From: an uncultured Methanosarcinales archaeon
Lineage (GTDB): Archaea > Nanobdellota > Nanobdellia > Woesearchaeales > CAZYIM01
DNA length: 52,548 nucleotides
Reading direction: 5' to 3'
Assembly (NCBI GenBank): GCA_964647565.1
Contig: CAZYIM010000015.1
Span: 1 to 52,548, forward strand
Shown: positions 20,068-30,025 of the stretch, one piece after another
Layout: each line of letters begins with the position of its first letter
How positions within the stretch are numbered: the stretch's first letter is position 1
Made by a program: the position numbers and the translations under genes
Notes under the pieces: generated by a model
The model's input: only the letters and a program-made list of their open reading frames with translations
What the model was told of the DNA's origin: nothing
Database searches by the model: none

Positions 20068-21366
20068 ATGTCAGAAAATCTTCGTACAGTGCAGGTCAGC
20101 AAGCTGATCTTGTTGCTAAAGGAGTATAAGGTTGCCAAGAGGAACATACAATGGCATCAAGATATGCCTAAAGATATTTACGATGAATGTATGACCATTT
20201 ACAACGACAGCAAGGCAGGGATTCTAGAAGAACTGCAGACGATGACTGATAACAATTCTGGTTTTAATCTTGAAGAGATCATGGATTCGATGAACTTCTT
20301 GACAGATGAGCTGCAAAGAACAGGTAAGCATATTCATGATGCTGTGTATGAACAAAAAAGCACAAAAAAAGATGATCCTGAACTTCTGGCAATGTTCAAA
20401 ACCTTTGAATTTGCTGCCTGGAGGTACCAGGAATTTGACACTTTGAGATTGTATGTTGTAAATCAGTTCGCAAAAAATCTTGGCAATAGAACTGATATTG
20501 ATGAAGAATATCGCCAAGAACTGATGAAACAGGCTGCCTTACAGATACCGGACACCTATTATGAAACGCATAAAATTCTGGATGAAGTAAGTTTTAATGA
20601 GTTGGTCAAATCTGTGATTTTAGATAGGAAAAAAGCAGGCTTCTCTCGATTCAAATATGCTGGTAAGAGTGAACTGCTACAAAAGATCTGGCCGAAACTC
20701 AACTGTGGTCTGGAAATCCTGAAAATGATTGATGATAAATCAGAGATGACCTTCCTTGATATGAAAGAAGCCCGGTTAGAGCTTTATCCCTATAACCAAG
20801 AGCTGATTGACCAGATCGGGGAGAAAGTAGATTACCTTTCCCAGGCAGAGACAATATGCTCCCTTAATTATCTTCATTATGTAACACATCTTAGTATGGC
20901 TATAGTTGAACAAAGCCTTGACTTTGTTACGAGATTTGGCCACATCTCAGATCTCAATATAAAGGAGCTTAAGGATGCTCATTTCTTCATGGGCTATGCT
21001 GAGAGATGTCTTAGGATGTACAATCTTGTTCTTGCCAACTGGTCTGTGACAGGCGGCGGGAAACCTTTGACAGGTGTCAAAGAATTTGACTCTGAGTTCT
21101 ACTCTGATAAGATCGATGAGTTTACAGGATTGATTGATCAGATAGGAGATGATCCGATTTGTTATAAGGAAAAGAAAAAAATGGATTTGGCTGTCGAAGA
21201 TGAAAGATATGAGGACGCTGCGGGCTTGAGAGATACAATCAAGCTTAAGCATAAGACCTATGCTGAAGAAGATTATGTCTTTAAGCCAGTAGATATACAA
21301 ATAGCTCTTCAAAGTGAAGTTTCATGGACGCCAAATTTTGTTTGGTATAATCCTCTTCCTGAATGA
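20068..21366 (+). CDS. Helical hypothetical protein with a C-terminal UVR (UvrB/UvrC) motif
   Basis: KKMDLAVEDERYEDAAGLRDTIK matches the UVR pattern. Confidence 0.7.
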   Translation: MSENLRTVQVSKLILLLKEYKVAKRNIQWHQDMPKDIYDECMTIYNDSKAGILEELQTMTDNNSGFNLEEIMDSMNFLTDELQRTGKHIHDAVYEQKSTKKDDPELLAMFKTFEFAAWRYQEFDTLRLYVVNQFAKNLGNRTDIDEEYRQELMKQAALQIPDTYYETHKILDEVSFNELVKSVILDRKKAGFSRFKYAGKSELLQKIWPKLNCGLEILKMIDDKSEMTFLDMKEARLELYPYNQELIDQIGEKVDYLSQAETICSLNYLHYVTHLSMAIVEQSLDFVTRFGHISDLNIKELKDAHFFMGYAERCLRMYNLVLANWSVTGGGKPLTGVKEFDSEFYSDKIDEFTGLIDQIGDDPICYKEKKKMDLAVEDERYEDAAGLRDTIKLKHKTYAEEDYVFKPVDIQIALQSEVSWTPNFVWYNPLPE

Positions 21367-21814
21367 TCCTGTCAACTTGTTCTTTATTGCTTAATGAGCT
21401 GAAAAGCAGCAATATCTTTCCTTTTGGTTTGAGATATGTCTTTGCTTGTTTGAGAAAAACAGCGATTAGTTCATAACCTTCGGGTCCGCCGTCAAGAGCA
21501 ATATCAGGGGCTTTTGGCTCATTCGGAAGATATGGAGGATTGAAAATAATCAGATTGAACTTACCAGTTATTTCGGAGAACAGGTCTGATTCGATTACCG
21601 CTAGGTTATTGATTCCTAATTCTGCAACCTTAGCTCGGACATACTCTACTGCATCTGGATTGACGTCAGCAGCCACAACCTCATTTGCTGTGTTGGCAGC
21701 TTCGATTGCTAAAATTCCTGAGCCTGTGCCCATGTCAAGTACTCTGCCGTTGGCATATTTCTCTATCTGTTTCTGGATAAGATAGGAGTCTTCCCTAGGT
21801 TCGTAGATGGGCAT
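21281..21814 (-). CDS. HemK2/Mtq2-family SAM-dependent methyltransferase (release-factor Gln methylase)
   Basis: IYEPREDS, VLDMGTGSG, FNPPY and DGG..G motifs. Confidence 0.92.
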   Translation of the reverse strand: MPIYEPREDSYLIQKQIEKYANGRVLDMGTGSGILAIEAANTANEVVAADVNPDAVEYVRAKVAELGINNLAVIESDLFSEITGKFNLIIFNPPYLPNEPKAPDIALDGGPEGYELIAVFLKQAKTYLKPKGKILLLFSSLSNKEQVDRIIQEEDYTKQNLASMKLHFEELFVYLLA

Positions 21815-21845
21815 GGATAGATGTTGTTAGGCTGACTATAAAAAG

Positions 21846-22133
21846 TTAATGCACATAATCATCAGGGACATTGTACCAGTGGGTCTTTATCCTCCTGTAC
21901 AGCTTCTTGTTGCGTTCTCCTGTAAATCCTGCTTCTATTCCCCTGCTAACTGCATAGATAAAAATCTGAGGTGAAAGAGCTGCGAATCCTGTAATGTAGG
22001 GATTATCCCAGATTAAATCTGCGGTCATGCCTGCAAGCGGGCTAATGAACATTCCTGTGAGGAAAAATCCGACCACTTCGTGAGGTGCGGGTTTTAGGAA
22101 TGCACAGATGTGCTCTAGTTTTCTGCTTTTCAT
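21846..22133 (-). CDS. Hypothetical small membrane protein
   Basis: 95-aa ORF with two hydrophobic segments. Confidence 0.55.
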   Translation of the reverse strand: MKSRKLEHICAFLKPAPHEVVGFFLTGMFISPLAGMTADLIWDNPYITGFAALSPQIFIYAVSRGIEAGFTGERNKKLYRRIKTHWYNVPDDYVH

Positions 22134-22222
22134 TGTGATGTGCGATAGTGTTGTTGAGTATTTTAATTTGTGTTGTTAAAAAATTAACAACATTTAAATA
22201 TAAGTTGTTCCTAAGTGGTTTG

Positions 22223-22942
22223 ATGATTGATCAACTGAGAGAACTCGGGCTCAATGAGAACCAGGCGAAAGTCTACATTGAGCTGACCAAGAGGGGGAGT
22301 ATCTCTGCAGGAGAGCTTGCAAAAAAGCTAGGCATAAACAGGTCCCTGACCTATATTGTTCTAAACAGCCTTGTTGAGAAAGGGCTGGCCAGCCACGTAA
22401 CCAAGAACCATAAGCGTTTTTTCTCAGCAGCAAAGCCAGAGAATATAGTGCGGTTGGTGAAGGAAAAAGAACAGATAGCTAGGGGCCTTTTGCCTGAGCT
22501 TAAGAACCTTGAAAAAATTAAAGAGGATGAGCAGAGGATCAATGTCTTTGAAGGTAAAGAGGGCTTAAAGACATTCTATGAAGAGATCCTCAATTCTCGG
22601 GAAAAAGATCTTTGCTTCTTTGGGGCGACCGGAAGAAGCTATGAGGTGCTTAAGTACAGGATGCCGCATATAGCCAAGGAGGCTGTTGGAAGAGGACTAA
22701 AGGGGCGGGTATTGGTTAACAAGAAACCTGCTCGCAGTGATTTTTTTAATCTACCTAATGTTGAGGTGAGATATCTGCCCCAAGTCAACAGCCAGGCCAC
22801 AACGACCATCATGAAGAACAAGGTGATGGTGCATATCCTTACAGATAAGCCCGTGGTGGTTAGTATTGAGAATAAGGCATTGGCCAAAGGCTATAAGAGT
22901 TATTTTGAGTTTCTTTGGGGTATGGGTAAGGTTGTTAGTTAG
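22223..22942 (+). CDS. TrmB-family transcriptional regulator
   Basis: LRELGLNENQAKVY..ELAKKLGINRS..L.SLVEKGL, FEGKEG and YFEFLW. Start at MIDQL. Confidence 0.9.
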   Translation: MIDQLRELGLNENQAKVYIELTKRGSISAGELAKKLGINRSLTYIVLNSLVEKGLASHVTKNHKRFFSAAKPENIVRLVKEKEQIARGLLPELKNLEKIKEDEQRINVFEGKEGLKTFYEEILNSREKDLCFFGATGRSYEVLKYRMPHIAKEAVGRGLKGRVLVNKKPARSDFFNLPNVEVRYLPQVNSQATTTIMKNKVMVHILTDKPVVVSIENKALAKGYKSYFEFLWGMGKVVS

Positions 22943-22993
22943 ATGCTGTAATTTCTGGCAAGGTTTTTATATACTTCTTGATTACCTTTTTTC

Positions 22994-24055
22994 ATGTTCG
23001 GCAAAATTGGGAATTTTTTAAAGAGAACTCTTTTGTTAGGTGTGTTATCTTATTCATTGATAGGTCCTTCGCACCTGCATGGCCAGCAGGAAACTCCATT
23101 GCCTGGAGTCATTCTAGCTCCAGATTCTACAGCCAAAGTCACTCTTGACTGTCTTACACAAAAGCTCTTCTCTTATGAGAATTTTAATGCTGTTGATACA
23201 TCTTTAAAGATTATAAATGTTGATCTTTGTTTTGGTGATGATTCATTAAGTTCAATATACTTTAACCATGTAGATCTGGTTGCACGGCCTATCAGGGATC
23301 ATTTCCTGAGCAAGAACATTCTGGTGAACTTGCAGTTTGTCGATTCCCTTAATTTTGATATTTACAAACCCGGTGAGCATATGGGTGTGAATGTTGTTGG
23401 CCTGGAAAAGTGGATGGACATTTTTGCCACTCATAGCGGGATGGATACTAGTAGTACCATAGGCTTCTTGAAATATCACTTGTCTGGCATGTTTATGCAG
23501 GGGGTGAGCTATAATAAAACAGGATTTGCCGCAATTAATGTAGCTACCAAGGATCAGAGGCTTACATATTTCCTAGAAAAACTCATGGTGAGGCCAAAAC
23601 TTGCCGATAAGATACTTACTGCTGACTTGATCAGACAAGCTAAAAACGAGATAAAGATTTTTACTGTAATGAACGCTCTTTTTGAGTTCCCTGATAACTA
23701 TACACCCAGAAACCTGGCCAGAAGCATTGTCCATGATCTGCATCATATGTTTGGCATTTATCATTCCTTTGAGTTTACTGATGATCCTGTTGCAGATTAT
23801 CTTGAGACTGATCCTGCAGTGCCTAATCTGATGAGTTATGATGTTGGTGCGACGACAAAAGAACGGCCTCTAGGAGCAGATTTGAATGAATTTCAGGTCA
23901 AGATCCTCCATAGTTTTCTTAACAAAGGTAAGGTGTACCAACAGCTTAAAGTCGTGGACTTTAATTACCATAAATATATTGTGTTCTTGCAGACAGCCAA
24001 CAATTATCATGCACAGCCTTATGAGAATCATCCCTGGAAGATGCTGATGTTCTGA
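22994..24055 (+). CDS. Secreted metzincin-like protein (HDxxHxxGxxH, Met-turn NLMSY)
   Basis: Signal peptide, HDLHHMFGIYH and NLMSY. Confidence 0.65.
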   Translation: MFGKIGNFLKRTLLLGVLSYSLIGPSHLHGQQETPLPGVILAPDSTAKVTLDCLTQKLFSYENFNAVDTSLKIINVDLCFGDDSLSSIYFNHVDLVARPIRDHFLSKNILVNLQFVDSLNFDIYKPGEHMGVNVVGLEKWMDIFATHSGMDTSSTIGFLKYHLSGMFMQGVSYNKTGFAAINVATKDQRLTYFLEKLMVRPKLADKILTADLIRQAKNEIKIFTVMNALFEFPDNYTPRNLARSIVHDLHHMFGIYHSFEFTDDPVADYLETDPAVPNLMSYDVGATTKERPLGADLNEFQVKILHSFLNKGKVYQQLKVVDFNYHKYIVFLQTANNYHAQPYENHPWKMLMF

Positions 24056-24141
24056 GAATTGTTTTATTGTTTAATTTTATCTATTTTTTAGTAGTAACAA
24101 AAGGAAAACTTTATAAACTCATTTTTTTTCTAACCATCAAA

Positions 24142-25365
24142 ATGACTTATAAGCCTAAGCTCAATCCTAAACGTGGATTTATGATAGAGAAATTCATAAC
24201 CCGCCAGGATGTTGAGCAGGCTAAAATGATTCTTAAAGAGAATGATGAGCTTGTCTGGGCTGTAGGTTCAGCTAATTATGATCATCAGAAAGGTATGATG
24301 CTGACTGCGGGTGAAAGGATAGATCTAATCGATTTTACGCTCCAGGCAGAAGGCCTTGATCCGAACAGGTACATGATAGTGCCTATCGAGGACTATATCG
24401 AAAACAGCCGGTGGATTGCAGACACTTGTGAACTTGCGCCAAAATGGCACACTATTTATACTCGTAATTTCAAGAATGCTACTGAATTTCGGACATATCA
24501 GCGAAAGTATGGCTATAATATCCAGACAATAAAAGAACAAAGACATGAAGAAGAGGGTTTTGATCATTATGGACTGATTGCCAAGCATCTTGCTGGAAAC
24601 AAGGCTGCACTAAAGGAGCTCAATGTTTATGTTCCTAATGCAGTAATTGACAGGATAATGCAGCAGCAAAACTTGGTTGAAAGGATAGACACAGAGTATA
24701 ACCGTGCAGAGCATGATTTTAACAAGGAAATCGAGATCTTGAATGATCGAATATTATTCTTAGGCAGGCTTAATCCGCTTACTGGCAACTGGAATGACAG
24801 TACTGGCCATATTGCGAATTTTAAGTATATTCTTGAAGAAGAGAAAAAACACTTGATTATTGCGATCGGCTCAGCGAGCAAGAGTGATCGTGATAATAAT
24901 CCCCTTTCAGGCGGAAAGAGATATGATTTGGCCAGATATTTGCTTCAGGCAAAGGGTATTGATGCAAGCCAGTTCACTATTGTCCCTGTCAGGGACATAA
25001 GTGCAGATACTGCTTATGCTAACAAAGTGATTTCTGTGTGTCCTCCTTTTAAGGGAATTCTTGCAGGTAATGATGTAACCTTAAGGCTTTTTGGCAAGGG
25101 TGCATATGAACAATGGCCTGTCAAGAGGAATAAAAATCCTAAGACTGGCGAAGAGATTTCTGCAAGCCTGGTTCGGAAGATAACTACAACGACTATACGT
25201 GAGAGTCATACTCGGGAAGAGCTTGAACAGCAAGAGATTCCCTTGGATACTCGCAGGAAGATAGAGCGGAATCTTAAAGGTTATGTTGATCCTGCAGCAC
25301 TAAAGAAGCTGCCTTTTGTTGAATTCTACGAGACTATGAAGTTCTTGACATTTAAGATAGAGTAA
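24142..25365 (+). CDS. Tandem-domain NMN adenylyltransferase (NadM)-like nucleotidyltransferase
   Basis: Two repeats of the archaeal NMNAT pattern (LVWAVGSA..LTAGER..IVPIED and LIIAIGSA..NPLSGGKR..IVPVRD..ISAS.VR). Start at MTYKPK. Confidence 0.75.
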   Translation: MTYKPKLNPKRGFMIEKFITRQDVEQAKMILKENDELVWAVGSANYDHQKGMMLTAGERIDLIDFTLQAEGLDPNRYMIVPIEDYIENSRWIADTCELAPKWHTIYTRNFKNATEFRTYQRKYGYNIQTIKEQRHEEEGFDHYGLIAKHLAGNKAALKELNVYVPNAVIDRIMQQQNLVERIDTEYNRAEHDFNKEIEILNDRILFLGRLNPLTGNWNDSTGHIANFKYILEEEKKHLIIAIGSASKSDRDNNPLSGGKRYDLARYLLQAKGIDASQFTIVPVRDISADTAYANKVISVCPPFKGILAGNDVTLRLFGKGAYEQWPVKRNKNPKTGEEISASLVRKITTTTIRESHTREELEQQEIPLDTRRKIERNLKGYVDPAALKKLPFVEFYETMKFLTFKIE

Positions 25366-25436
25366 ATTCTATTTTTATCACTAAATAGTGGTAAATTATC
25401 GAAACATTTATAAAGGTTAAAATCAATAAATAGTAT

Positions 25437-26066
25437 ATGGGGGAAACAATCTCAAATAGACTAGCAGATACAGGTGTAATCGCCTGGGATGTAGGCAGAT
25501 ATAATTCTGCTATGCCTGCTGCTTCCTTGGATGTAGTCATAAATGAGTCTAAGCAATCCTGGTTTGATTCTGCCAAGAATCTGGCAATAGCTGCTGCTGA
25601 ATGGTACTTCAAACCAAAATCCTTTGAAAAAAGCGGGAAAATCTATGAGCGATTGGGTGTTCGAAAGCTTAAGAAAGGAGTTACAAACATTGGTAAATTC
25701 GCATATACCGCAGTGGGAAATATTGTATGCAGAAAACTCGACAAGAAAGAACGTAAAAAAACCATAGAGGAGGCATTTAAAGCAACAAAAAGGCCTAATA
25801 ACTACTGGCTATGGGATAAATCTTCTAAAGGCTTAAAGAGCTATGAGAAATACACGCGGTTCAATGAGGTATTCCACGTATTTGGTGGTGCATTTACAGT
25901 TGCAAATGGTTTGTATTTCCATTCCCACGGCAATGAAGCAATGGTGATATTCGCTAGTTCAGCAGTCATAGCTCAAGCTTACCTGGTAATGACTCAAAGA
26001 TACAACAGAAATAGGCTTCTAAATGTTCAAGAGAGAATGAATGCCAGATCAGGAGGTGCAATCTAA
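25437..26066 (+). CDS. CrtO-like (glycosyl-diaponeurosporenoate acyltransferase family) membrane protein
   Basis: YF..FE..G.IYE.LGV, TRFNE..H and QRYNR.RL motifs. Confidence 0.65.
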   Translation: MGETISNRLADTGVIAWDVGRYNSAMPAASLDVVINESKQSWFDSAKNLAIAAAEWYFKPKSFEKSGKIYERLGVRKLKKGVTNIGKFAYTAVGNIVCRKLDKKERKKTIEEAFKATKRPNNYWLWDKSSKGLKSYEKYTRFNEVFHVFGGAFTVANGLYFHSHGNEAMVIFASSAVIAQAYLVMTQRYNRNRLLNVQERMNARSGGAI

Positions 26067-26896
26067 TGACTTCGATCGGTGGTTTATGTGGATATGATCC
26101 AAGATTTGATAAGACCTATGCAGTTATTTTTGCAGATAGAGGTGTAATCAATACTTCTAATGGTCAATCTACTTTTGGAGACGATGCTACAAAAATGAAT
26201 ATATCTCCTTTTTCAGATTACATGTTTACGCAGGCGGGAACTGGTAATGGCTGGTGTAAAACGATTTTAGATGATGTTAAACAGAATCCTGCTGATGAAG
26301 GATTGATGGATTTCTGGAAGACCTCGCCACACGGGGACTTTATAAGGCTTTACAATCATCTGGCTTTTCTTAGTCCGGATATTGCAGATGACGCATTTCC
26401 TGCTAAATTTTACCAAGAGCTTAAGAGCGGAAAATCCAGGACAATTAAACAGCTGAACAAGCTTTTGGATGACTGTTTTGATGATTCAGGGGGATTGAGT
26501 ATGCTTTATGCGACGAGGCAGGGCGGTCCTGTTAGTCTGTATTTTATTTCTGATGATGGACTAGTAAAACAACAGCTATATTACACATTCAATCCGCGTA
26601 GTATCGTTATGGGGCAAGAAATTAAAGAAGTGATTGCAAAGGAACAGATAAATATTGTTGAAAATCGTCTTGTGGCATCACTGCCTGAAGTAATGTACAT
26701 TGGTTTCGAAGCTTTACGTTTAGTGAATTGGCATGATGTGGGTAGTACGGGTCTAGATATGGCAGTGTTGACGGAAGATGGAGCCCATTCTTTTAGGCCA
26801 AGCATGGATATGATCATGAAAACGCCTAATGAGGAGACTGTGGTGAAAGTTCTGGCGTATGCTGATAATATTATAAAAACTGAGGTGAACAAATGA
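26066..26896 (+). CDS. Divergent proteasome beta-subunit-like Ntn hydrolase
   Basis: N-terminal Thr, IFADR (Asp17), TKM (Lys33), QAGTG (Gly47) and HDVGSTGLDMAVLTEDG (cf. RDxxSGG.DVAVITxxG). Confidence 0.7.
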   Translation: MTSIGGLCGYDPRFDKTYAVIFADRGVINTSNGQSTFGDDATKMNISPFSDYMFTQAGTGNGWCKTILDDVKQNPADEGLMDFWKTSPHGDFIRLYNHLAFLSPDIADDAFPAKFYQELKSGKSRTIKQLNKLLDDCFDDSGGLSMLYATRQGGPVSLYFISDDGLVKQQLYYTFNPRSIVMGQEIKEVIAKEQINIVENRLVASLPEVMYIGFEALRLVNWHDVGSTGLDMAVLTEDGAHSFRPSMDMIMKTPNEETVVKVLAYADNIIKTEVNK

Positions 26897-27135
26897 AAAT
26901 CAAAAAAATCCATGATGATATTGCGGATAGAGTTGATCTGTTCACACAAAAACACCACATAGCATTTGGTCTATTGGGTTCAGGACTGATGATGTATGGC
27001 GCGATAAAAAAAGATCTTAGTGTGATTAATACTGGATTACTTTATTGTATAACTGCTCAGACTGCATCCAATCGCAGAGGTGCGCGGTTGAGAAAGGAAA
27101 AAAATCAGATATTGTATGAACGAGGTGAAAAATGA
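26893..27135 (+). CDS. Small hypothetical membrane protein
   Basis: GAGGTGA SD, ATGA overlap with the upstream gene, hydrophobic hairpin. Confidence 0.7.
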   Translation: MKIKKIHDDIADRVDLFTQKHHIAFGLLGSGLMMYGAIKKDLSVINTGLLYCITAQTASNRRGARLRKEKNQILYERGEK

Positions 27136-27506
27136 ATGCAGAACAATTGGTATATTTTACATACACATTTGGAGACAAGTTTGTGGGCAAGACACAAGCG
27201 CTGATGGATGAAAAAAAGAGTGGCAAGTTTAAGTTTTTAGATGGGACTCTTAAACTAGAAGAAGGCAAAGCATATTGGACCCAAAATCATCCGATGGTCA
27301 CACCAGAGATAACCACTGCATTCTCAGAAGGGGCACATTGTGCACTGCCGAGGCCTACAGTACCTGTAAAGAGTGGAAGGGAAGCTTACACTCTGCTTCA
27401 GAGCGCATTGGTCTATCATATTCTAAAACCAAAATCAGAAAGATTCTTCATCAATCCAGCAGACACATTGAGTGGGGAAATGAGAAATTTTATTGATAGA
27501 AATTAA
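27132..27506 (+). CDS. Hypothetical protein
   Basis: GAGGTGA SD and ATGA overlap. Confidence 0.7.
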   Translation: MNAEQLVYFTYTFGDKFVGKTQALMDEKKSGKFKFLDGTLKLEEGKAYWTQNHPMVTPEITTAFSEGAHCALPRPTVPVKSGREAYTLLQSALVYHILKPKSERFFINPADTLSGEMRNFIDRN

Positions 27507-27517
27507 GAGGTGAAAAA

Positions 27518-28963
27518 ATCACAACAGCAAATCCATTACAAGATTTTGAAGAAATAATTCAGGAATATGATGAAGCTACTAGATATGTTAATCTTCAGCT
27601 GGAAAAGATATTAATGGAATCCGGATCTCAATCTTCATCCAATTCTGGTTTTTCATTGCCTGATATCCGCTCTTCTAAAATAAAACCTCGCGTAAATATA
27701 TCGCCTTTTTCTGACGTTCAAACACTTGAACAGGCATCAAAAATGGCAAGAGAAATTGTTCATAATCTAGATGAGAATGACTATATAAATTTACGTGTAG
27801 GCGATTTTGATATACAGTTTCAATCAGAAAAGTTTGTTGGTGATTATGGCCAGGATGTTATTGAATATGGATATACTATTAAAATTCAAGAGGCACCCCA
27901 GAAATATAGAGCTGTTTTTAGAATGGATCAAGATCCTGATAAAGGAGTTGTCGAGAAAGGAAAATTCAATAATTTTAACTATTCTCTAATTTTCAGATAC
28001 GATCCCACACATGAATTTATTCAAAGGAGTGAAGATCAAGGATCTACTTTAGCTAAAAAAATTCAATATGAGATTTCTAAGCCTGAAAATTTTCAATTTA
28101 TTGAGGACCTGTTCATGACTGAATATGAACTTTGCCAGGAAAGGGCTGAAAAGAATATTTCATTTGACAATGTTTCTAATTCAAAAAAATTATTTAAACA
28201 AATTGATGATCTGCTAGATCAACCATTTGAGGAGATCCTGGGCATCCAGAATAAAACCTTGAAAGCCAAACGATACTCTGGCAAATTAGGTAAGGCATTT
28301 CTTTACTGCAAGACTGGACTAGAATTCCTAAAAGGCTGTATTGCACAAAAGAAAATTGTTTCCAGATATGCAGAAAAAGAAATGAGTGCTTATTTAAGCA
28401 CAGATTTAAAATTCATGCTGGCAATGTTCCACACTTTTATTGGAAAGAATCTTGAGAACTGTTATATTGACGGCCAAACTCTTGAAACCCAGCCTTCTTT
28501 TCACGAGGCAGTTATTGTCCAGGCCCATGAACAACATCATTTTTACGCAGATCAATTGCTAGAAAACGCATTTAAGGAAGATAAATACTCACTATATAAC
28601 ACAAAAGAGGTTGTTGAAGGTGGAGCAAGGCATTTTCAGGTCTTGATGAATGAACATCTTGCAGATACCACTGGAGATGAGCGATTCAGATATGCTGGAA
28701 GAGAAATGGTATTGTGGGACTTGGCAGGTCTTTATTTCAGCCTTTGCAAAAAACATGATAAGACTCCTATAGTTAGTAATGACAAAGTAGATGAACTCAC
28801 TACCCAATTTTTAGGAAGAAAAGTTGAAGAGAAGAGCATAATCTTTGCGAATGAGTATGCTACAGGATATGTCATGTTCAAGCTTGCAGAAAAAAAACAT
28901 TCTCCTGCAGAGATTCATCAGAGTGTTCTGAACAACAATGCATCTGTTCTTTTAGATAGCTGA
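27518..28963 (+). CDS. Hypothetical protein with HExxH...E zincin-like motif; probable ATC start
   Basis: AHEQHH followed by VEGGA. The frame is open 32 codons upstream of ATG 27614, back to an ATC just after SD GAGGTGA. Confidence 0.65.
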   Translation: MTTANPLQDFEEIIQEYDEATRYVNLQLEKILMESGSQSSSNSGFSLPDIRSSKIKPRVNISPFSDVQTLEQASKMAREIVHNLDENDYINLRVGDFDIQFQSEKFVGDYGQDVIEYGYTIKIQEAPQKYRAVFRMDQDPDKGVVEKGKFNNFNYSLIFRYDPTHEFIQRSEDQGSTLAKKIQYEISKPENFQFIEDLFMTEYELCQERAEKNISFDNVSNSKKLFKQIDDLLDQPFEEILGIQNKTLKAKRYSGKLGKAFLYCKTGLEFLKGCIAQKKIVSRYAEKEMSAYLSTDLKFMLAMFHTFIGKNLENCYIDGQTLETQPSFHEAVIVQAHEQHHFYADQLLENAFKEDKYSLYNTKEVVEGGARHFQVLMNEHLADTTGDERFRYAGREMVLWDLAGLYFSLCKKHDKTPIVSNDKVDELTTQFLGRKVEEKSIIFANEYATGYVMFKLAEKKHSPAEIHQSVLNNNASVLLDS

Positions 28964-29029
28964 TTTTTTCCCATAATTTTATATACTTAATCTGTTTTCT
29001 TTGTCTAAAGCTTAGAGAGGGTGGTTGTA

Positions 29030-30025
29030 ATGACATTTGGATTAACTGATTTTACATTCTTTGCTGTTGTTGACCTGTTGGTAAGGGACAACATGAAGAA
29101 ATTTGAGACAAGACTGCTTCCGACTTTGAGGGAGGCTGGCAATTCTACTGTTAATGGCTTGATTAAGGATGTGCCGCCAGAAGGATATTATAGCGAGACT
29201 TCTGAACTCAAGGAGTATCTGAACATACTTCGCGCAATGCAAAACAACGAAGGTGCGAATGTGACCAGCGATGCGATCATTAAGATGAGAAATATCTATG
29301 ATCGGTCCTTGTTCGGATTAGGTCCGTCAAAGCCAAATAAGTACGATTTTGAAAAAAAAGCTCTAGAATGGGATCCTTCGATGGGCTATGCTGCACTCTC
29401 ACCAATGCACGATACCTTGAGCCTGGCTATCAAGCATGTTCTTGACAGGGATGGTTTTGATGGTATGGAGATCCAGAACATCATGAGGGAGACTGAGAAT
29501 GTTGATCTGGGAGAACATTTGGTGGGTCTTGCGGTTCTGGTTGACAGGATGTACGCCAAGAAGAACAACGGTGTTTACAATCCAGTTGCCTGTACTTTAG
29601 CAGCTGAGACAACTGTCGGTTCCAGGGCATCTGTTGCTTTTGGAGGTGGCCAAAGCATGCCAGAGCTCTCTCCTGAGGTTGAGGAGATGGGTCTTAAGAT
29701 CATCAAGGGTTACAACCAGCTCTTCAGTGAGTATCCTGAAGGCAAAGGCCTTAATATTACCGACAAGCCCAAGGAGATAAGAAAACTTGCTAAGGCTGTT
29801 GCAGCAGAACAGGTCTTAGGCAGGTGTGTCATGGTAGCAATAGATGAACATGTAGATCCGCCTATGTACTATCATTGGGGTGTTACCCTGGATAAAGATA
29901 AGGACACAGGATATCCTTTCCACACTGTTGCAGTTGACTTCTTGGATGATCATATTGTGACCAGTGAGAAGTACAGGGAACAGGTCTTTGATAACTTGCA
30001 TAAAAAAAGAAAAAACAGAGCTTAG
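29030..30025 (+). CDS. Hypothetical protein (weak DUF3160-like segment)
   Basis: GYYSETSELKEYLNILRAMQ resembles the DUF3160 G-H/Y-Y motif. GAGGGTGG SD. Confidence 0.6.
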   Translation: MTFGLTDFTFFAVVDLLVRDNMKKFETRLLPTLREAGNSTVNGLIKDVPPEGYYSETSELKEYLNILRAMQNNEGANVTSDAIIKMRNIYDRSLFGLGPSKPNKYDFEKKALEWDPSMGYAALSPMHDTLSLAIKHVLDRDGFDGMEIQNIMRETENVDLGEHLVGLAVLVDRMYAKKNNGVYNPVACTLAAETTVGSRASVAFGGGQSMPELSPEVEEMGLKIIKGYNQLFSEYPEGKGLNITDKPKEIRKLAKAVAAEQVLGRCVMVAIDEHVDPPMYYHWGVTLDKDKDTGYPFHTVAVDFLDDHIVTSEKYREQVFDNLHKKRKNRA

